Origin: an uncultured Methanosarcinales archaeon | GTDB taxonomy: Archaea > Halobacteriota > Methanosarcinia > Methanosarcinales > CAZCCY01 | DNA: 46,487 nucleotides | Assembly (NCBI GenBank): GCA_964497545.1 | Contig: CAZCCY010000003.1 | Span: 1-46,487 of the forward strand | Reading direction: 5' to 3' | In this document: in pieces, positions 20,134 to 28,127 of the stretch | Layout: the number at the start of each line of letters is the position of its first letter | Position numbering within the stretch: position 1 is the first letter of the stretch | Notes under the pieces: generated by a model | Databases searched by the model: none | Seen by the model: the letters and a program-made list of their open reading frames with translations, nothing else | Told to the model about the DNA's origin: nothing | Made by a program: the position numbers and the translations under genes

Positions 20134-21884
20134 TGTTTCTCCCTTCTTGTTATTTTTCGTTTTTTCTGGATTATCAGGAAGGCTGAGAGTCCGACAAGCA
20201 TCAGGATGGCGGATGGAAGCTCGGGGACTGGTGCTGGACTTCCTGGGCTTGAGCCCAGTATCAGGAAGGCGTTGCTTGGCACCATGTAGTCGCCCATATC
20301 CAGGACTCCAAGCTTGTTACCGGCTGATTGCACATATGCTAAGACATCGCGGGTGTCCACCGCGGTTGCGGAGGAGTCCAGCACCCCGGTCCAGGCCTGG
20401 TTGTTGAATAAAATCTCGTTTTTATCCTGGTCGCCCTTGTTTGCACTTGGGACAACAGTAATCAGGGTTGCACTCACAAGGTTACCGGGAATCACGTAAC
20501 CATCGAAGTTGATGTAGGTTGTCTGGTCCGGGGCAGTACCATAGCTTGTTTTTGCATAAACTGTGTCCGCACCCTCGGCAATCCAGTATTCCTTCCATTC
20601 TCCATTGGGGTCCTCAAATACGACAAGTAACCCTACTCCATACATGGCGAAGTTGCCCTGACCTGTGTTTTCCACCACGGTTGTGTAGTCTTTTGTGGCT
20701 GTCACAAGGCTTGTGACATCATAAGCATAGGTCCCGCTGGGATAGTCATAGCTGCCGAAGCCTTTGCGGTCATAGTATGTCCTATCCGGGGTAAGGGCGT
20801 TCCCGTCAAATTTTACTTCCATTTGGGGCTGGGTGACGCCCTGGCTCCCCTGGTGGCTCCAGCTCCAGTAGAGGTAGAGTCGTGCCAGCTTAACCGTGGA
20901 GCCAGAGGGAACATCCACATGGGATGTCACGGTGTAGGTGTCACCATTTGACATCTCCCCGCTGTAGCTGCCTCCAACGGTGTAGTTGAGACTTCCTTTT
21001 ACACTGTCGTGTCTGTAGATGGCCAGCGGCCTGTCAGCGAAATACCCGTTTTTCTCTTTCTTGGTGATTGCAAGCACTGCAAGTACCGGGTGAAGATGGG
21101 AATCGCTCCCCCTGTCAAACACCAGCGTGTTACTGGACGAAGTGAGTTTGCCTGTGACATCCCAGCTGTCCAGGTCGAAGTAGCCTCCTTGGTCTGCGGC
21201 TGCAGCGTCTGTGGCAATGAGGTTCCCGTTGAGGGTGAGGGTGTCACCATCCCCGCTTCCTCCTGCTAGGTAGGATGTCCAGAGTGTGGCGTTTTCCACC
21301 CCGGTGAGGTTAACTGTGCCATTGAAATAGCTGTCTGCTGTGTCTTTTCCAGAATGGAGATGCTCGTTACCCTCGTTTATCCAGTATTCCACAAGCGGCT
21401 GGCTCTGGTCCTCGTAGACTGCTACAAGCACCATGCCATAGACCCGGCCGTCAATGTCTCCACTGGTGGTGGCAGTTGCTGTGTTCGAGCCTGTGTTAAC
21501 CATGCCGGTCACATCATAGGCTGCCCAATAGACGCCGAATGCTGAGACATATACATTGAGGTTGGTGTCGGCTTGACCTCCGAGGTTTAAGGTTCCCAGG
21601 TCCTGGCCATTAAAGGTTGTCTGGAGTGTACCGGTGTACTCAGGCTTGCCGCCCCAGACTCCCACGTAGAGTCTTGCATATCTGATGTTGGATGGAACAT
21701 CGTTGAAGGTCTGAGTGTAAGGTGGATATGCCAGACCGTGGCCACCACTGACGTAGATTCCGCCTGCAAGGGTTTCGTGTCGTATGTTTTTCAGTTCGAA
21801 TCCATCTACATTGTAGTTTGCCGATACTGGTATTGCCAGGAGAACGAGCACTCCCACCAGTCCTATCCACATACATGTTCTCAT
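20130..21884 (-). CDS. Secreted DUF3344 protein (A-type plus B-type domains) with a PEF/PGF-like C-terminal membrane anchor
   Basis: Signal peptide 'MRTCMWIGLVGVLVLLAIPVSA'. It shares the A and B blocks of the 807-aa paralogue. The tail is 'SPAPVPELPSAILMLVGLSAFLIIQKKRK'. GGAGG lies 7 nt upstream of the ATG. Confidence 0.85.
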   Translation of the reverse strand: MRTCMWIGLVGVLVLLAIPVSANYNVDGFELKNIRHETLAGGIYVSGGHGLAYPPYTQTFNDVPSNIRYARLYVGVWGGKPEYTGTLQTTFNGQDLGTLNLGGQADTNLNVYVSAFGVYWAAYDVTGMVNTGSNTATATTSGDIDGRVYGMVLVAVYEDQSQPLVEYWINEGNEHLHSGKDTADSYFNGTVNLTGVENATLWTSYLAGGSGDGDTLTLNGNLIATDAAAADQGGYFDLDSWDVTGKLTSSSNTLVFDRGSDSHLHPVLAVLAITKKEKNGYFADRPLAIYRHDSVKGSLNYTVGGSYSGEMSNGDTYTVTSHVDVPSGSTVKLARLYLYWSWSHQGSQGVTQPQMEVKFDGNALTPDRTYYDRKGFGSYDYPSGTYAYDVTSLVTATKDYTTVVENTGQGNFAMYGVGLLVVFEDPNGEWKEYWIAEGADTVYAKTSYGTAPDQTTYINFDGYVIPGNLVSATLITVVPSANKGDQDKNEILFNNQAWTGVLDSSATAVDTRDVLAYVQSAGNKLGVLDMGDYMVPSNAFLILGSSPGSPAPVPELPSAILMLVGLSAFLIIQKKRKITRREKQ

Positions 21885-21980
21885 ACTTTTCCTCCATATT
21901 ACTCCTATTTAGTAATACTAATTCTCGTGTAGATAGAATTTAAACTACATAAATGTTTCTTATAATCAGAAATTTTAAGT

Positions 21981-22006
21981 AAAAAAAACAAAAATTTAAT
22001 AAAAAA
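21981..22006 (-). terminator. Oligo-T tracts (T8, T6 on the coding strand) after the S-component gene
   Basis: Plus-strand A8 (21981-21988) and A6 (22001-22006) lie downstream of the stop at 22027-22029. AT-rich promoter-like DNA for the next gene follows. Confidence 0.35.
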
Positions 22007-22026
22007 TACTATTTTTTCTTTGTATT

Positions 22027-23097
22027 TCATATTGTTGCTTTTCGCATCTTCCGGGCGATATCATACCCAATGTAACCGCCAATAACACCCCCCAGAGCGG
22101 CAATGCCAACCTCGCTCCAGGCATACCAGGGAGCATAATACACCTTCCACACCGCAGGAGCAAAAAGAAAATAAAACGTCCAGTACGAAAACCCACCCCT
22201 GACAACACCATAAATAATAGACGTCCCCCGTTTATCCCCATAATCCCGGAACAACATCACAAGCACATCCACAATCACACCCTCACCCATGTACCACCCA
22301 AGCCAGAGAGTGACATTAGTCCCCCACACCACCATCGCCACAAGCTCCACCACAGTGAAAAGCAGGGTGGCTGTCCCAGGCTTCCTCACCAGCTGAAGCG
22401 CAACTATCAACACCACCGTGGTAGGAATCGTGAAGAGAAGCCCGCCCAGCGGGCCCAGCAGGTCATTAAAGGTCTGCCAGAACCACCGGAACACCACCCC
22501 AATAAGAGCGGCAAGAAGCGCCAGGGTAACCAGGTCAATGGTGGTAAACCACTCAAGCAACCTGAGCCTCCGGGACACCAGAAACACAACCAACACAATA
22601 AGAAAACTGGCAACCAGACTCCCGTAGGTCACCCAGGAAGGAGGCGGCACAACCTCCACCTCATGGATGTAACTCTCCCTCCTAACACCACCACCATCAG
22701 AATAACTCACATTCACCCGGAAGCTCACACTCTTCCTGAACTCCACAGACTCAGGCGGCTTAACCGAGAAAACAAAAGAACTAGAATCCCCTGGCCCCAG
22801 GACATCAATAACAGCCTTCACCCTTCCACCCTCCACCCAGGTCTCGGTCTCCTGGCCAGGAACCTCAACATCCATACCAGACGGGACATCCACACTCACC
22901 CTGACATCCCGCAAAGGCGTCTCACCATTGTTGGTCAGGGTGACCCTCGCCCTCTCATGCCAGGTGACACCTGCCACCAGCCTGTCAGATTCATAGATGT
23001 CCTTGTTCTTCACAGGTATGGTCATCCCCACCTCCAGCCCGCCCACTGCCAGACAGGCAAGGAGAATGATAACCAGGACAAAAAGGGAGCGCCTCAT
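22027..23097 (-). CDS. YkoE-like ECF transporter S component with an N-terminal signal peptide and beta-sandwich ectodomain
   Basis: The C-terminal ~190 aa are multi-TM: 'TTIDLVTLALLAALIGVVF...LVRKPGTATLLFTVVELV...', resembling the YkoE / ABC_cobalt-type S-component pattern. The N-terminal ~160 aa are 'VTLTNNGETPLRDVRVSVDVPSG...'. An ATGA overlap couples it to the upstream gene. Confidence 0.65.
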   Translation of the reverse strand: MRRSLFVLVIILLACLAVGGLEVGMTIPVKNKDIYESDRLVAGVTWHERARVTLTNNGETPLRDVRVSVDVPSGMDVEVPGQETETWVEGGRVKAVIDVLGPGDSSSFVFSVKPPESVEFRKSVSFRVNVSYSDGGGVRRESYIHEVEVVPPPSWVTYGSLVASFLIVLVVFLVSRRLRLLEWFTTIDLVTLALLAALIGVVFRWFWQTFNDLLGPLGGLLFTIPTTVVLIVALQLVRKPGTATLLFTVVELVAMVVWGTNVTLWLGWYMGEGVIVDVLVMLFRDYGDKRGTSIIYGVVRGGFSYWTFYFLFAPAVWKVYYAPWYAWSEVGIAALGGVIGGYIGYDIARKMRKATI

Positions 23098-24008
23098 CTC
23101 CTACGCCTCAACCGATAAAAGAAAAACACGACACTGGCCACCAGCACCACAATTACCGGCATCGGGACAGTAGCCCTCCCAGGGCCAACCTGCCCACCCA
23201 GCCTGAGATAATCCTCCCCCTGGTCATAGAGGTACTCCACCGCCAGAACCGCGTTGAAAGGATGAATATATGCCTCCTCACCCCGCTCAAACCTCAAGGT
23301 GTTATTCAAACCCACCAGGCCTGTCACATCCCACCTGTCCAGGTCAAAATACGCCCCGGACTTCGCCCTACCCACATCCTCTCCCAGAAGCTGGGAGTTA
23401 AAATAGAGACGATCCTCCTCACCCTTGTTCCCCGCTATTAAAACCGTCCAGAGAGTGGCATTTTTTATTTCAAGGGAGGTGGCATTGAAGACAACACTGG
23501 TACTATCCCTGGTCTGACGGGCAAGAGCCTGGTTCCCCTCTGCTATCCAGAACTCGGTCTGAGGCATGCTAGAATTCCGATAAACAGCAACAAGGACAAT
23601 ACCATAGGGGGCACCATTCAGATTATGATACCTCACCGAGACCCTGTTCACACCCTCTGATAGCATGCCGGTGACATTGTAGACATAACATGCAACACCC
23701 CAGGCTGCCAGATAATCAGGAGAACTCCGCCTCCCAAGAGTCCTGTTATTGATGCTCACCTCAAGCCAGTCATCCCTGTTGTAATTCCACATCGGCACAT
23801 AGAGCCTGGCATACTCTATCCTGGAGGGCAAGTCAAAATACTCCTCATAAGGGTTTTCATGGGTGTAACCATGGCCACCCCCCACAAACACGCCCCCATG
23901 CACCCTGCCCTCAGCCACAACATAGAGGGGTGTCCCCTCCCCCCTCCACTCACCCCCACTTGCAACCGGGACAAAAAGAAGAAGGACAAAAAGAAGGACA
24001 ACCCTCAT
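23094..24008 (-). CDS. DUF3344-like (A-type) extracytoplasmic protein with a C-terminal TM anchor, embedded in the ECF operon
   Basis: Signal peptide 'MRVVLLFVLLLFVPVASG'. Blocks are 'IEYARLYVPMWN', 'CYVYNVTG', 'YGIVLVAVY', 'EFWIAEGNQ' and 'YFDLDRWDVT'. The tail is 'VPMPVIVVLVASVVFFFYRLRRRR'. ATGA overlaps occur at both ends. Confidence 0.8.
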   Translation of the reverse strand: MRVVLLFVLLLFVPVASGGEWRGEGTPLYVVAEGRVHGGVFVGGGHGYTHENPYEEYFDLPSRIEYARLYVPMWNYNRDDWLEVSINNRTLGRRSSPDYLAAWGVACYVYNVTGMLSEGVNRVSVRYHNLNGAPYGIVLVAVYRNSSMPQTEFWIAEGNQALARQTRDSTSVVFNATSLEIKNATLWTVLIAGNKGEEDRLYFNSQLLGEDVGRAKSGAYFDLDRWDVTGLVGLNNTLRFERGEEAYIHPFNAVLAVEYLYDQGEDYLRLGGQVGPGRATVPMPVIVVLVASVVFFFYRLRRRR

Positions 24009-24841
24009 GTTGGAGCAGTCCCCCCATACCCTGTAAAACTGAGATAGACACCAGCCCCCAGGGAGAGGAAAATATATGCCAGTAAAATGAAATCCCCCTT
24101 TTTGAGTTTCAGCTCCCGCAGATATGTCCGGTTCTTCACTGCCCGGAAGGCACGGGCATCTGCAGCAATGGCAATCTGCCTCCCTGTCCTGAGCACATTG
24201 ACAACCAGGGGCAGGAGAAGATGCCTCAGAGCCTTTATCTTATTCTTTTTTATTTTCAAACCCCGCGCCTGCATGGCGTTTATGGTGATAGCACCTCCCT
24301 CTATCATGGAGGGGGCGAAACCCACAGCAGAGGAAACCATGAAAGCAATCTCAGGGGGCAGACCCAGACTCCGCCTGCCCCACGGGATAAACCTGACAAG
24401 CCCCACAATAAGCTCGCTGGGATGGGTGGTGGCAACCAGCACCATGGCAGCACTCACCGATGCCATGAACCTGAGCGACTGGATAAGCCCATAGATTGCA
24501 CCCTCGCGATAAAAATAGATTCCACCAGTGATGCTCCCCAGCACCGGGAAATCAGGGGGCACCAGCGTAAACGTGGGAGTGTCCCCCCAGTAATAGAAAA
24601 AGGACTGGGAGACCATGAATCCGAAAACCATGGTGGAGAGAATAAATATCATGGAGACAACCTTCTCCCGGGAAAAAGCAATCCAGAAGGGGAGGGTGGA
24701 GAGGAAGACAGCTAGAAGCATCCAGGGCACACCCACCATCACCGAGAGCACCGAGACACTGAACACCCACAACAGCTTGACACGGGGGTCAAGCTGATGA
24801 ACAAAGGTGTCCTTCTGATCATACCGGAATATGCCACGCAA
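24005..24841 (-). CDS. ecfT: ECF transporter T component (EcfT / CbiQ / YkoC family)
   Basis: 'LDPRVKLLWV' N-terminus, multi-TM body, and 'ARG' coupling-helix-like motifs ('AMQARGL', 'ADARAFR'). The TTG start has GGAGGAGG 9 nt upstream. Confidence 0.85.
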   Translation of the reverse strand: MRGIFRYDQKDTFVHQLDPRVKLLWVFSVSVLSVMVGVPWMLLAVFLSTLPFWIAFSREKVVSMIFILSTMVFGFMVSQSFFYYWGDTPTFTLVPPDFPVLGSITGGIYFYREGAIYGLIQSLRFMASVSAAMVLVATTHPSELIVGLVRFIPWGRRSLGLPPEIAFMVSSAVGFAPSMIEGGAITINAMQARGLKIKKNKIKALRHLLLPLVVNVLRTGRQIAIAADARAFRAVKNRTYLRELKLKKGDFILLAYIFLSLGAGVYLSFTGYGGTAPT

Positions 24842-24983
24842 AAACCACAGCCTCCTCCAATCTCAACACAACTTTTTTAACATTAATATCAATAAAGGTA
24901 ACACCAAAAGTTAAATTCATGATATTTATACTTAATTGATGACAGCATAATTGATATAAATAGTAAATATTCCTATTACATGT
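24842..24983. promoter_or_regulatory. AT-rich divergent promoter region between ecfT and ecfA
   Basis: TATAAATA at ~24955-24962 lies 22-29 nt before the ecfA ATG, suggesting a leaderless transcript. On the other strand, TTTATTGATATTAATG-type TATA-like sequence lies upstream of ecfT. Confidence 0.4.
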
Positions 24984-26528
24984 ATGATTTCCATCGAAAA
25001 TCTAACCTACTACTACCCTGACTCTGAAAAACCAGCCCTCCAGAACATAAACCTGAAGATAAACAAGGGCGAATTCGTGCTGCTTGTAGGTCCAACCGGG
25101 AGCGGGAAATCCACCCTCCTCCAGTGCCTCAACGGCATAATACCCAGAGTAACCGGCGGCAGACTGGAAGGAAAAATAGAAATCAATGGTAAAACCACCA
25201 CCCAACACAAAGTATACCAGCTATCCCAGATAGTGGGAATGGTGTTCCAGAACCCTGACACCCAGCTTTTCGGGCTCACCGTAGAAGAAGACACCGCCTT
25301 CGGACCTGAAAATCTGGGACTGCCCAGAAGAGAAATCCAGAAACGGGTAGAAAAAGCCCTGGAAACCACAGGTATCCCCCACCTCAGAGACCGGTTCACC
25401 TTCACACTCTCAGGCGGAGAAAAACAGCGGACAGCCATAGCAGGAAACCTGGCCATGAAACCAGAGATACTGGTACTGGACGAACCCACCTCAGACCTCG
25501 ACCCCCAGGGCACAAAACAGGTGCTGGAAACCATAAAAAAACTGAACAGAGAACAGAAAATCACCATAATACTGGCAGAACACAAAATAGACCAAATAAT
25601 CAAAATGGCCACGAGAACCATCGTGATGGACAGGGGCACCATAATACTGGACGGAAAAACCAGTGAAATCTTCAAAAACAAAACCCTGGAAAACATAGGA
25701 ATCCATTCACCCCAGCTAAAACATCTCCCCCAATTTAAAACCACATCCCCCAGGGCACACCCGGCCGGGAACCCCCAGATAATATTCGAAAATGTCTATT
25801 TCAGTTACCACAAAACACCAGTACTCAGAAACATAAATCTCACCATAAACAAAGGAGAGTTCATGGCGATAATAGGGCCAAACGGCTCTGGCAAAACCAC
25901 CCTCCTGGGCTGCCTCATAGGGCTCATAAAACCCACCCAGGGCAGAGTGCTGATAGAGGGAGAGGACATCTCAAAAAAAAGCGTACCAGAACTGGCAGAA
26001 AAAGTCGGATACCTCTTCCAGAACCCGGACTACCAGCTCTTCACCGACACCGTGACCGAGGAGATAGCCTTCGGCCTCAAAAACCGGAACCTCCCCCCCA
26101 CCGAGATAGAAAAGAGAGTGGAAAAAACCCTGGAAACCATGGAACTAACAGAGTACAGGGACCGACATCCCCAGTCCCTCAGCCGGGGACAGCGACAGCG
26201 GCTGGCCCTGGCATCCATACTGGCACTGGAACCAGAGGTCCTCCTCCTGGACGAGCCCACCACTGGCCAGGACAGAGGACACCTGAAAAAACTCCTCCAG
26301 AAAATAAAAGAACTGAACAACACCGGGAAAACCATACTCCTGGTAACACACGATATGGACCTGGCACTGGAAAACACCCACCGGACAATCGTAATGAAAG
26401 ACGGCAGAATACTCCTGGACGCACCCACACCCCAGGTGTTATCTGAAATACTGGAAAAAGCATCCTTTGCCTTCCAGAGAGAAATCACCCAGGCCATGCT
26501 TGCAGCCTGCAGCAATTTTAAAGGGTGA
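24984..26528 (+). CDS. ecfA: Duplicated ECF/ABC ATPase (EcfA-EcfA' fusion, YkoD-like)
   Basis: Two full ABC cassettes: 'GPTGSGKST...LSGGEKQR...LDEPTSDLD' and 'GPNGSGKTT...LSRGQRQR...LDEPTTGQD'. Confidence 0.9.
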   Translation: MISIENLTYYYPDSEKPALQNINLKINKGEFVLLVGPTGSGKSTLLQCLNGIIPRVTGGRLEGKIEINGKTTTQHKVYQLSQIVGMVFQNPDTQLFGLTVEEDTAFGPENLGLPRREIQKRVEKALETTGIPHLRDRFTFTLSGGEKQRTAIAGNLAMKPEILVLDEPTSDLDPQGTKQVLETIKKLNREQKITIILAEHKIDQIIKMATRTIVMDRGTIILDGKTSEIFKNKTLENIGIHSPQLKHLPQFKTTSPRAHPAGNPQIIFENVYFSYHKTPVLRNINLTINKGEFMAIIGPNGSGKTTLLGCLIGLIKPTQGRVLIEGEDISKKSVPELAEKVGYLFQNPDYQLFTDTVTEEIAFGLKNRNLPPTEIEKRVEKTLETMELTEYRDRHPQSLSRGQRQRLALASILALEPEVLLLDEPTTGQDRGHLKKLLQKIKELNNTGKTILLVTHDMDLALENTHRTIVMKDGRILLDAPTPQVLSEILEKASFAFQREITQAMLAACSNFKG

Positions 26529-26905
26529 TAAAGCCTATTCTTGGGGGGTGTATGAGACACCTCCCAGGTCTTGTGGAAGAGGGTAGCCCTGTTTACCTCC
26601 GGCTCTCCCGGGGTCAAGGCGAGACCTCAGGCCAGCTTTTCTGTGAGCTCGTGCAGGCAGCCCGCTTTGGCAGGAGCTTCCGCATCTCAGACCAGGCTTG
26701 CCGGGTGGGAAGATATGTCCTGGGGGATGAGGAGTCGCCTGCCAGCTATTATGCGGAAAAAGGGAGGTATCAGAGCTCTGAGGCTGCAAGGCGGGCTGCA
26801 GAGGGCCTGCCCAGACTCAAGAAGGGCTATGCGTCCCTGGGGTCAGGGATATTGAGGAGGCTCTGGAAAAAATATCGGAGACACTGGGATGAAGGTCTGT
26901 GTTGA
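26525..26905 (+). CDS. Possible truncated DUF169-like ORF (may be a decayed gene)
   Basis: 'FCELVQAARFGRSF...ACRVGRYVLGDEE...YYAEKGRYQSSEAARRAAEGLPRL' resembles the N-terminal half of DUF169 (COG2043) proteins from memory. The C-terminal half is absent. Another frame ends 'DIEEALEKISETLG*' in an ATGA overlap with the next gene. Confidence 0.3.
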   Translation: MIKPILGGCMRHLPGLVEEGSPVYLRLSRGQGETSGQLFCELVQAARFGRSFRISDQACRVGRYVLGDEESPASYYAEKGRYQSSEAARRAAEGLPRLKKGYASLGSGILRRLWKKYRRHWDEGLC

Positions 26906-28070
26906 GAGCTATGGTTGCACTGCGAATCTGGCAGATGCCAGACACCTTGAAGCCCTGGTAAGGGAGAGAGGGCACATCTTGACAGGTTACCAGGAAGCTG
27001 AGCTGGTGGTGCTGAATACCTGTACTGTGACAGGCATCACCCAGCAGAAGATGCTTAAACGCCTCCATCAAATCCAGTCAGATGGCAAGAAGGTGATTGT
27101 TGCAGGCTGTCTGCCTGCAGCCCAGCCAGAGCTCCTGCCACCTGGCATCAGAAAAATCACGCCCTCCCAGCTCCCGAGGAGGGGTGACCTGGTTGTCCAG
27201 GGTGTGACCGGTGTTGTGAGCATCTCCCAGGGGTGCCTGGGCAACTGCAGTTACTGTATTGTGAAAAAGGCAAGAGGCGACCTGGAGAGTCGTCCCCCTG
27301 GGGAAATCCTGAAAGTTGTCAGGGGCCTGGTCTCAGGGGGTGCAAGGGAAATTCTGCTCACCTCCCAGGACACCGCAGCCTATGGACGGGACCTGGGCCT
27401 GACCCTGCCAGACCTCCTCGAGATGCTCACAGGAATCCAGGGGGATTTCCAGGTGAGGGTGGGGATGATGAACCCGGCCCACACCCTGGACATCCTTGAC
27501 AGCCTCTTGGAGGTCTGGGGGGACCCCAGAATCTGGAGGTTTCTGCATCTGCCCCTCCAGTCCGGCTCTGACAGGGTCCTGGAGGACATGAACCGGAAAT
27601 ACACCACCCAGGATTTCAGGGAGATAATCAGGAGGTTCCGGGAGAGGTTCCCGGAAATCACCATCTCTACCGATATCATCACAGGCTATCCCACCGAGAC
27701 AGAGGAGGACTTCCAGGAGACAATAAAAATAATAAAAGAGACCTGGCCTGTCAAGGTGAACATCACCAGATATTCCCCCAGGCCCCACACCCCTGCCTGG
27801 AAACTGAAAGACCTGCCAGAAAGAATAAAAAAAGACCGTTCCCGCAAGCTCACACAGCTCTGCCTGGAAATCTCAAAAAAACACCACCAGAAACGCCTGG
27901 GAAAGGAAACAGAGATACTATTAACCGAGAGGGAAAAACCAGGGACCACCACCGGGAGGGACCCCAGCTACACGACTGTTGTGGTGAAAAAAACCCTGCC
28001 ACTGGGAGACCGCCTCAAAGTGAAAATAACACAGGCAAAAGACACCTACCTGGTAGGAGAACCCCTCTAG
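26889..28070 (+). CDS. Radical-SAM methylthiotransferase (MiaB/MtaB/CDKAL1 family)
   Basis: UPF0004 N-domain 'ESYGCTANLADA...LNTCTVT' and radical-SAM 'GCLGNCSYCIV'. A C-terminal TRAM-like segment is present; 393 aa. Confidence 0.85.
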   Translation: MKVCVESYGCTANLADARHLEALVRERGHILTGYQEAELVVLNTCTVTGITQQKMLKRLHQIQSDGKKVIVAGCLPAAQPELLPPGIRKITPSQLPRRGDLVVQGVTGVVSISQGCLGNCSYCIVKKARGDLESRPPGEILKVVRGLVSGGAREILLTSQDTAAYGRDLGLTLPDLLEMLTGIQGDFQVRVGMMNPAHTLDILDSLLEVWGDPRIWRFLHLPLQSGSDRVLEDMNRKYTTQDFREIIRRFRERFPEITISTDIITGYPTETEEDFQETIKIIKETWPVKVNITRYSPRPHTPAWKLKDLPERIKKDRSRKLTQLCLEISKKHHQKRLGKETEILLTEREKPGTTTGRDPSYTTVVVKKTLPLGDRLKVKITQAKDTYLVGEPL

Positions 28071-28127
28071 CACAACTCGCAGGGCCAAAATTATGTTGAC
28101 ATCTCCATAGATTTGTGGTCATATATT

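Noticed and set aside
16536-24008. Possible CRISPR or tandem-repeat array suggested by recurring sequence blocks
   Set aside because: The repeats are paralogous coding domains (DUF3344 A/B modules) hundreds of bp long and in frame. There is no short repeat-spacer periodicity.
24842-24983. Possible TPP or other riboswitch upstream of the YkoE-type ECF genes, as occurs in bacteria
   Set aside because: The leaders are too short. ecfA appears leaderless and ecfT has an SD 9 nt from its start, so there is no room for an aptamer. None was recognisable.
25013-26617. 243-aa and 195-aa minus-strand ORFs
   Set aside because: They are antisense to the duplicated EcfA ATPase, which carries full Walker A / signature / Walker B sets on the plus strand.
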